The translations under genes were made by a program, and so were the position numbers. Under the pieces are notes generated by a model that made no database searches, was not told where the DNA came from, and saw nothing but the letters and a program-made list of their open reading frames with translations. This document shows, piece by piece, positions 53,832-64,000 of a DNA stretch of 64,000 nucleotides. This DNA comes from Eledone cirrhosa (taxonomy: Eukaryota), in NCBI GenBank assembly GCA_964016885.1, contig OZ024741.1, positions 361,894,001-361,958,000 of the forward strand, in the 5' to 3' direction. Position 1 is the first letter of the stretch. The number at the start of each line of letters is the position of its first letter.

Positions 53832-53867
53832 ATACCTACCTACCTATTTACCTATCTATCTATCTAT

Positions 53868-54375
53868 CAAACCGCCAACTTCTTTCAAAAACGAAAGAGA
53901 GGCGGTTTTCCTCTGTATAGTGGCTATGGTAAAAGAGTCTATATGGTGGATGAGACTGAGAGGACTGAGGACAGATGCCTTTCTCTCCGGACAACAACTC
54001 ATTCCCTTCTTTAGGTACCACTTTAGAAGGAGAATCAGAGTGAAGAGAGAGGCACTGCACCCCAGTAAATTTACTGAAAGGTGGGTGAATGTAGCAAAAA
54101 TGGTCAGTGATTGAGCCTTCTCTGTATATAAACCTGTAGGTTAAAGAAGAGAGCAAAAGGAAGAAAGGAGCACTTATACAACACGCTCCTGGAGTTGAGG
54201 GTTGTTCTATCGACAGGGTATTAAACAACCCATTTGTAACGCCTCCCTCCTATTGGGGATTTTGATTGTTAAATTTGTTTTAATAATATTTTTACACGAC
54301 TGTATGTAAAATCCCCGGCATGTCTCTTTGTATTGTCCCCTTTTCTTGTTCACCCTTGTGGCAAATAAAGAAATA
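53868..54375 (+). mobile_element. Tx1/L1-type LINE 3' fragment within a (TCTA)n tract
   Basis: VKESIWWMRL...FRYH...RIRV....F.ERW C-terminal pattern; aataaa then (TCTA)n; the same microsatellite on both sides. Confidence 0.55.
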
Positions 54376-54566
54376 TATCTATCTATCTATAGTTATCTGT
54401 TTATGTATATTTATCAATGCATCTATCTTTGAACAAGAACAACTATAATATAAAACATACAAACAAAACAACAACAAAGCATGAGTCCCAGCAGCAACCT
54501 GAAGATAGATACATAGGTAAAACAAAGTCATTATAATTTAGTGAATATACGCTTGATAATGATTAA

Positions 54567-54833
54567 CCTCTTCAGTGCTGTAGACGAGATAACTCGTCCT
54601 AACATGTATGCATTCTAGTGCCACAAATGAGATAACTCGTTCTAACATGCTTGAACTTTTTTCCAACAGTTCATAACATCAAAGCTAGATGTGGTTACCA
54701 GTTTATTGATGTGATGTTTGTCAATCATTCAGATGTGTTGTTAATAAATGTTTCTTTAAAAAAATAGTCATTTTAGTGGAAAAAACCTGGCACACAACTG
54801 TAGCTGTGTAAAATATATACGGCAGTCAACAGG
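54567..54833. mobile_element. piggyBac-like MITE (family M2)
   Basis: TTAA|CCTCTTCAGTGC...GCAGTCAACAGG|TTAA. Confidence 0.75.
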
Positions 54834-55180
54834 TTAAAGCAAGCATGGAAGAATATTATTACAATTAATTCACATTTTCGTTTATTTCTTTCTCTCTCTC
54901 TCACTTCCTTGGTGGTTTGGTGGTAGTAGCAGCTAAAATAGAAGTTAGCTTGTCCCTGTTACTGTCTGACTGGCTGTTAACTTCAATTGCAGCAGCAGCA
55001 GTAGTAGTAGTAGAGGGAGAAGAAGAAGAAGAAGAAGAAGAAGAAGAAGAAGAAGAAGAAGAAGAAGAAGAAGAAGAAGGTGTAGTAGTAATAATGGGGT
55101 TATAGTAAAGGGGGAAGGAAGATGAAGGAGGAGACGGCGGCAAGGTGTGGTAGTAATATTATCATTATTAGTAGTAGTGA

Positions 55181-55407
55181 GGGCGGTGGATTGGCAGTAT
55201 CGGTAGAGCGTCGGACTCCATGCTTTGAAGCATAGAGTTACAACCCTTTATGATCTGAGTTCAAATCATGCTGAGGTTAACTTTGCCTTTCATCCTTACG
55301 GGGTCGATAAAATAATGTACCAGTCACGTAGTGGGGTCGATTTAATTGACTTTCCCCTCCCCCAAAATTGCTGGCCTTGTGCCTATATAAGAAACCATTA
55401 TTATTAT
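55181..55407 (+). mobile_element. tRNA-derived Meta-domain-like SINE, full length, (TTA)n tail
   Basis: A box TGGCAGTATCGG, B box GAGTTCAAATC, conserved core. Confidence 0.85.
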
Positions 55408-55409
55408 TA

Positions 55410-56420
55410 GTAGTAATAGAAGCTGTCCATGGGACTGATCTTAATGATAGAGTGATCTAAAATTGAACTGAAGTAGTAATTGTTTCTAAATATATCTATC
55501 TTTCTTAGTATTTCTGTAGGAATTACTGTCGTTCTTAATTTGTCCATTGGTGCTAATGCGTTGATTATGGGTAGCATTGTCTTTAAATCTATAGAGAGGA
55601 AAAGTTCTGAAGTTGAGTTGTTCATTAGAGGTGCAGGTGTCAATGTGTTCACTCAGTGCTATTTTTCTGTATTCCTGTATTTTAATTTGGGATCTATGAA
55701 CGGTCATACGCTGACGAAGACTGCTTTTAGTTTGTCCTATGTACTGCTCTTGACAGCCTGAGCAAGTTAATACATATATCAGGTTTTCTGATGCACATGT
55801 GAAATTGTTTTTCAAAGTGTTGACCCTGTTTGAAACAAAACTCCGATCCCACGCATATACCACAGTTAAGTCTTCCACATTTTTTTTACTGTTGGTTTTG
55901 TTGTGGTGGTCGACTGGATATTGGCTTGTATTAGGATATTTTTCATTGACTGGGGTTGTCCTTTTCTCTTTATAATGTTGTGCATTTGAAGGATTTGGTT
56001 CATTCTATGATCCCCCTTTTTAAAGGAATGTTTTGGAGGATGGTGTCGAAGGCCTCATTGTTTAGGGGGTTGTGTGTTGAGATATATAGTAGGCCGTTCA
56101 GTTTCGATTCGTTCTTTAGTTTGGGGTGACCAAGTTCCTGCATACTGAGTTTTAGGGCACGTTGGAATCTATTGTTAATTAGGGGTGGTGGGCAATTCTT
56201 GCTGATGAGCGTATCCTTTAGATCTTGTAGTCGTATGTAACAGGTGTTTATATCAGATACTATTGTACAAATCCTTTTGGCTAGGCTGTAAGGGATATTC
56301 ATTTTAGTGTGTCTCAGGTGGCATGAGTTGAACAGAAGATATTGCTTGGAGTCTGTGGGCTTATAGTATATGTCTGTTTCTATTTTGTAGTTAGTTTTCT
56401 TAAAAAGGATGTCGACTTAT
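55410..56420 (-). mobile_element. Decayed Penelope-like element (second clade): RT thumb + GIY-YIG
   Basis: TDIYYKPTDSKQYL..SCH..HTK.NIPYS.A.RI; NLIYVLTC..C..QYIGQT...RQRM..HR. Confidence 0.88.
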
Positions 56421-56664
56421 TAAAGGACATTTTGTGACAGCCAGTTGGATTGTTTTACTGAACTTTTTGAAACTGTTTAATCAGCTGTCACAACTTATTT
56501 CTTTAAAAAATAATATCTATTCTGTCTTGAGTCCTTTATTTGAATGTATTTCCTACTTTACCTTTCAAAAACAACACACACACACTCATTTGTTTATATA
56601 TTTCCCCGTATACACACACACATACATATGCATATATGTATATATATATATATATGCATATGTA

Positions 56665-56930
56665 TGTTCCGTCCACTGTGTCGATGACACACCAGTCCAC
56701 ACTGTGAGGTGGCCATGTAGGAGACACGGTAAAAAGGCTTCCAGTCCACACTGTAAATGTGGTTAGCGTTAGGAAGGGCATCCAGCTATAAAAAACCTGC
56801 CAGAGACACTTCCGTACGAGCGAGACATGGTCTCCCAACGATTCCTGCATCAAATGGAACAAAACCGTCTAACCCATGCTAGCGTGGAAGATGGACGTTA
56901 AACGATGATGATGATGATGATGATGATGAT
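56665..56930 (+). mobile_element. RTE-type 3' UTR fragment with (GAT)n tail
   Basis: ttaggaagggcatccagc and aacccatgctagcgtggaagatggacgttaaac. Confidence 0.75.
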
Positions 56931-57306
56931 ATATATAGAGAGATAGGACCATATATCTTATAAGAAGACACAGTATCTTGTATATATACAAAGCAAGGAA
57001 AAATACACACTTTCGATGGAAAAAATTATAATTCCTAATGGCAATCATGAAATAGTGCTATTAAGAATTACATTTTCCCCATCTAAATTGCATATTTTCC
57101 CTTGATATATGTGTTTTGTACATATACAAAATACTGTGTCTTCTCATAAGATAAATGGTCCTTCTTCTCTCTCTCAATGCAAATATCTATTAATTTGAAA
57201 TATTATTGCTCTGGACAAAAGTCCATAGAGCTTTTTTATTGAGAAGCACAAATATCAGACATAATTGATATGTTTTGATATCTTAAATTTGCATATATAT
57301 ATGTGT

Positions 57307-58478
57307 ATCATCATCATCATCATCATCGTTTAACGTCCATGTTCCACGCTTGCATGGGTTTGGACGGGAGTTTTCCCACTTGAGGCAAGAGTGGTTGTCT
57401 TGCTCGCATAAGACTGTCTGGCGGGTTTTCTACAGCTGGATGCCCTTCCTAACACCAACCACATTTACAGTGTGGGACTGGGAGGTTTTTACCGTATTGC
57501 CTACACGGCCGCATTACAGCGTGGACTGTGTGTTTTTTTGTCGTGACACCTACACGATCTCATTTGTTTCGGCCTGGATGTTGTGGCACCAACGTAACTT
57601 TACATTGAAAGGGGCGGTGTGGATGGGGTGGGGGTGGTGTGACGGGGTGTATTTTGTTAGAGATGCCTACTGACTGTAGTAGGTTTACTTTGTATTTAGG
57701 CAAGGCGGGTCTTCTCTATTACTGAGTACCGCCAAAGATCTCAGTCCAGTGGTATTGTCTTGGAGAGGTGTAAGTGTGTGAGGTCGGAATTTATCAGGTC
57801 GTCCCAGGTTTTTCTGGGTCTGCCTACTCCGTGGCTACCGCCTATCTTTATTGCCCTGCACTTTTTTATACAGCTGTCGTCTTTCATGCGCATAACGTGA
57901 CCATACCAATGTAGCCTTCTCTCGAGTAAACAACATCTGATCCCTCTTATTTCTAATTTTTCCCTTAGTTCGTTTATGCTTTGCCGTTCGCGTATATTAC
58001 TATTACACATCCAGCGGAGCATGCAAGCTTCGTTCCTCTCTAGTCTGCGTATATCCTCTGCACACAATGCCCAGGTCTCACTGCCATGCAACATTGCTGT
58101 TCGTATGCAGGCATCATACAACCTGCCTTTCATTTTTAGGGAGAACCCTTTAGCGGCTAATAGTGGTATAAGCTCTCTGAACTTTTTCCATCCAGTTCTG
58201 ACTCTAGCTACTGTACTTTCAGAGCACCCTCCCCCACTGCTGATTTTATCACCCAGGTAACGGAAGCTGTCCACTATTTCTATAGAACCCTCTGCGCAAT
58301 TGAAAGAGCTAGTATTTTGTAGGCACTTGCTGCTACTTATTGCACCAGAGCACCGGCCACATGTAAAATCTATGTTCTTAGTTACCTTACCTGTGATCCC
58401 ACTACATCTTTTATGCACCCATACTTTGCATTTGGGACATAAAATGGAGTTTCTACCTACGCCTTTCCTACACACTGA

Positions 58479-58480
<2 letters not shown>
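57307..58480 (-). mobile_element. 5'-truncated RTE LINE (family C), second copy
   Basis: Nearly identical to 39136-40310; ORF 57741..58475. Confidence 0.95.
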
Positions 58481-58552
<72 letters not shown>

Positions 58553-58665
58553 ATATATATATATGTGTGTATATATATATATATGTGTGTATATATATAT
58601 ATGTGTATATATATATATATGTGTGTATATATATATATGTGTGTATATATATATATATACATATG

Positions 58666-58716
<51 letters not shown>

Positions 58717-58763
58717 ATTTATATATATATATATATATATAAATATATATATGTATATATATG

Positions 58764-58859
<96 letters not shown>

Positions 58860-58903
58860 GTGTATATATATATGTATATATATATATATATGTATATATA
58901 TAG

Positions 58904-59373
58904 AGAGATTACATGAAACAAAGTTCTGTTTAAATCATTTATTTGCTAACAATTGTTTCTTTATTTGTAAGCAAATAAATGATTTAAACAGAACTTTGTT
59001 TCATGTAATCTCTATATAACTTCCACCTCCTTTAAAGCTCGTCTTTATAATCATCATTCGTCTTTTAAATACCAACTTAAAAGAACCAACATAGCTCTCT
59101 CAGAACTCATATGGTCCTTGAAAGACAAAAATATTAAATATAACATCTCTTGGAAAAAGGTTTCTTCTGCTTCCACATACTTGAACAGTTCTCTATCCAA
59201 GACTTGCAATCTCTGTCTAAATGAAAAATTTACCATTATATCTAATTTAGATTCTATAATAAATAGACGCACTGACTTGTTTTCTCTCTGCTTGCATAAA
59301 TTCCACAGAACATTCCATAAAGTATACAGCTAATATCCAAAACTTTATCAATTTAGAATCCTTTTCTCAAAGG

Positions 59374-59422
<49 letters not shown>

Positions 59423-60419
59423 TTCTTTAAAAATATACCCATCTTTCTACCTTATTTCAAAGTTATTTATTATACATTATATAATACTTGTTACTCATTC
59501 TATATCACTCCTATTTATCACTTCCCTTTCTTCCTTTTCCTTTTCTTTTCTTTTTTTTCTAATTTCTAACCCCTAATCTGTACCTTTTCTCACTGTGCCT
59601 AACATAGAAACAATTATTACACAATACAATATATTCTTACTTTATATCACCTTGAAAAAATCCTTCGTAAACATAAACATTTTTTTGACGTTAGATTATT
59701 CATCCTCAATTCATTATTTTTTTCTCACTTTCCTGTTTCATCCTATCTTCTACTTTTTTCACAATATATCCTTACTTACATTACCTTTGCTATTTTTAAT
59801 AATACATATCAACATTTTCTTTCCATCGCACATATTATTAAACCCTTAAATATTATTCTTAATAGATATTAACATTTTCTTTCCATCGCACATATTATTA
59901 AACCCTTAAATATTATTCTTAATACATATTAATAATTTCTTTTCATCGCACATATTATTAAACCCTTCAATATACAAACCTTAACTTTACATTATTTTTC
60001 TCTTCGTTAATTTTCAAATTCTTTTAATTTATACATTATCTTCCAACGGTTTTTCAACCTCTCTATGTAAAACAATATATTTTTCTCAGTTATAAAAGCT
60101 ATCTCTCTCTCTATCACCCATCTCTCCTCCTATCTCATCCTTCCTCATTATACTCCTCTCCCTCCACTTTTTACTCTCTTCTCCTCCTCTTTTTCACCCC
60201 CCCCCCCCTCAAAAAAATGTTTGCCCCAATATCACACATCAATCTAAAACTACTTTTCATATGTTGATTTAAAACTGCACTATCCACAAGTGTTTTTTAA
60301 CCTTCATATCATGTCTTCCTATTTTATCTGATGAAAACACAAATGTTATTGCATGATGATATTTGTTTTTGAAATGCGCATAATAAAATACATGGAACTC
60401 TTTTAACCATCTTTTGATC

Positions 60420-60420
<1 letters not shown>
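58904..60420 (+). mobile_element. Decayed Penelope-like 3' end (GIY-YIG C-terminus, UTR with a 60-bp triplication, HHR)
   Basis: SFKARLYNH..SF, LSELIWSLK....YNISW, TCNLCLNEK; perfect hairpin at 58904-59013. Confidence 0.8.
60320..60390 (+). ncRNA. Type I hammerhead ribozyme
   Basis: tattttat-CTGATGA-aaacacaaat...atttgttttt-GAAA-tgcgca-TA-ataaaata; 8-bp stem I, palindromic stem III. Confidence 0.85.
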
Positions 60421-61137
<717 letters not shown>

Positions 61138-61460
61138 TAAGTTATTCCGGGTTGAATCGGAGGTAACCACAGTAAATAAGGTACTCAATACATAGCAGAG
61201 TATAAAATCTGTAGAATCTCATCTATATTAAAACTATATATATATATATATCGTCCAAACCCATGCAAGCGTGGAAGATGGACGTTAAACGATGATGATG
61301 ATATATATATATAGTGAAAAATGGAACGGGAACAAAACAGAGAGGCAGTACAAACAAAGTTTATTAGTTTCACGCTCTCTCTCTCTATATATATATATAC
61401 CCATGTTTCTATCTATATATACATATATAAATCTCACTCTCTCCCCCTCTCTTTGTCTCC

Positions 61461-61528
<68 letters not shown>

Positions 61529-62772
61529 GTAAAATAAAAAATGACAAACACAGAGATACAAGAACAATTAGTCTTATTAGGTCTGCACTTTGGATGAAAG
61601 AGAAAAGAAGTTCAACGTATCGAATGTTTGTCATTCGTCAGGAGAGTACAAGTAGATAAATTAGAAAATAGAAAAAGGGGGACATATGAGTGTGTGGGAT
61701 GTTTTTAATTTCTTGTCTGTATCACTATATATATTGGTAGAATGGTCTGTATATTGTTTTTGGTGGTGTCTCAATGTGCCCAACTGTATTAACATTGTAT
61801 ATGTGTGTGGTTTGTCTGTGTATGTATCAAATATAAAAGAAATTATTAGTGACAAATACATGTGTGTGACAACTCCCACCTTTGCAGGTTTAGTTGGTCT
61901 CCTCCAAGGTATATCTCGTTGGAGGTCTCTTGGGTAATTTAATGATAGGGACCCAGTCCTATCATCTCATTTCTACAGCTGAGTAAACTGGAGCAACGTG
62001 AAATAAAGTGTCTTGTTCAAGGAACGAGAATTGCTCACCCGGTCTGAGAATTGAACTCACAACTTTTCGATTGCAAGCCCAATGGTCTAACCACTAAGCC
62101 ATGCGCCTTCACAAATACATACATATGTATGTATGTATGTGAGGTTGCACTTCTACGCTACTGGTAATATGTAACTCAGTACAACCTGTACATGGTCAAG
62201 TCGTCAGTGACTAAACTAACTAATCTAAACTGGTAACTCCCAATCTCTCTCTCTATATTTATGTGTGTGTGGTGTAAAAACATCAAAATATACTGCAGCT
62301 TGTCAACAAACTAAATATACATACATGACTATAAAGTGAATTTCTCAACCCCTCAGCCATTGCCTTATCTACATAGCAGATAAATGTTAATGAAAATTAG
62401 TTTGATAGAAAACAAAAACAAAACAAAGCAAAATATGTCCATTTGTTGCACCTAGTGTGCTGCAAAGGGGTGTTGCACAGACAGAAAATAAAGAATGCGT
62501 TTGAGGAAATCCAAACATTTCCTTATGTGAGTACAGCTGTGTCTGTGCTTAGAATCACTTTTATATCACAAAAATGGATGAAATATTAGTTGTTTGCTTT
62601 TAGCACTGTTCTTTCATAGAATGTCACAATGTTATATTCTGTCACTTCATGAAATGACACAGCAATATCTTCTGTCACTTTAGCAGTGCTTTTCTTTCAT
62701 GAAAGTTGGGTGAAGTTGGATCAACTGTGTCGATCAACTGAATAGGAGTAGATCAACTGTCACCACATATTA

Positions 62773-62811
62773 TGAACCTGAAGATTGCGAAAGCATGAAA
62801 GTACTTGTTCA
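62773..62811 (+). ncRNA. Minimal type I hammerhead ribozyme in a pLTR fragment (62765-62965)
   Basis: Identical to 41995-42033 (minus strand); the downstream ~150 bp is also shared. Confidence 0.8.
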
Positions 62812-62962
62812 ATTAACACTTAGAATTTAATATTCTATCATACTATTTCATTATAATACCATTATAAATTTTAAAGGATTGTAAATAAAACGAGTAAATC
62901 AGACAAAGTTGGAGTTCCTCTTATTAATATAATCTTCTATACACAATCATACACACCCGTGT

Positions 62963-63143
<181 letters not shown>

Positions 63144-63514
63144 AAGCTCGTTGATAAAGTATTTCCTGTCCGCCGCTCTCTAGAAGTCTTATATATTTTT
63201 ATGTGGGCTGATAGTGGGCGGTTTAAGGATTTACAGAAACCCAAGAAGCTAGATTTACCATCTTTCTAGTGGGTCCGGGTAAGCTTTTTACATTCACATG
63301 ATTTATTGATTTATTGATATTTTATCTGAGTGACCCGAATCTTCCTGATCGTAATTTTTCGGTCGTATGGTTGATTTTAGACATAATCTATGTGTGTTGG
63401 TATTTTAACGATAGTTATAGCTCTGATTTATCTGAATTATTGAGCCCTCTGCCACTCATGTCGAATTTTGTTTATCGTGAACTCGTGCGCCGATTTTTCG
63501 ATACTCGATTATTC

Positions 63515-63612
<98 letters not shown>

Positions 63613-64000
63613 ATATATATGTATATGTATATATATGAGATGTATATATATGAGAGTATTGAAGTTTGCTTGAAGCATTGTGGAATAATAAGTAAATATC
63701 TTTAAGTCGTTTGGAAGCCTCGACAATGCAAATGGGTAAATCTCTGGTGGTGGAGAGAGAGATGTAAGTGGATGTACGTTGAGATGCGTGGTGTGTATAA
63801 GATGTGTAAGATGTGTAGAAGAATGAAGGGAAGAGTATAAAGGATAAAATAAAAATAACAACACAAGAGAGAGTTACCTTGGGAGAGATTTAATAGTCCC
63901 TATATATTTCGGATTCACATCCATCAACTGGGGTTTTTTTCCGGGGTGGGGGAAAGGTTGTCTGTCGGACAGGTGCGAAACGCGAAATGGGGTCGGTCCG

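Noticed and set aside
55181-55270. tRNA gene
   Set aside because: A/B boxes belong to a multi-copy SINE head; no cloverleaf
61600-61648. Possible minus-strand hammerhead (CTGACGA-atgacaaacattc-GATA-cgtt)
   Set aside because: GAAA box is mutated and stem I is weak; at best a decayed copy
62718-62760. Triple gatcaactg motif
   Set aside because: Probably a transposon subterminal repeat truncated by the adjacent pLTR; no partner end visible

Overview
AT-rich, microsatellite-dense eukaryotic DNA made up almost entirely of transposable elements. The repeat families suggest a cephalopod (octopus-like) genome; this is an inference. I found no convincing host gene. Mobile content: several RTE-clade LINE families, including a near-intact 3.6-kb copy at ~48.9-52.5 kb with a single in-frame stop; a decayed full-length CR1/L2-group LINE with a PHD-finger ORF1; a TIR-bounded pogo transposon carrying nested insertions; Penelope-like elements (RT + GIY-YIG); CRE/Hero-type and Tx1-type fragments; tRNA-derived SINEs; piggyBac-like TTAA MITEs; and a Helentron-like element. 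The main signal not captured by the ORF track is about ten type I hammerhead ribozyme (HHR) motifs from several unrelated families, read by eye. Three non-coding HHR units sit side by side at 0.67-2.7 kb. Two are retrozyme-like, terminally redundant units of 483 and 593 bp. The third is an extended-stem HHR downstream of triplicated octamer motifs. Two unrelated HHR families carry the compensatory U3-A8 core. A split, oppositely oriented MITE points to a (TA)n-bounded inversion beside the intact LINE. All RNA folds were paired by eye, not computed.
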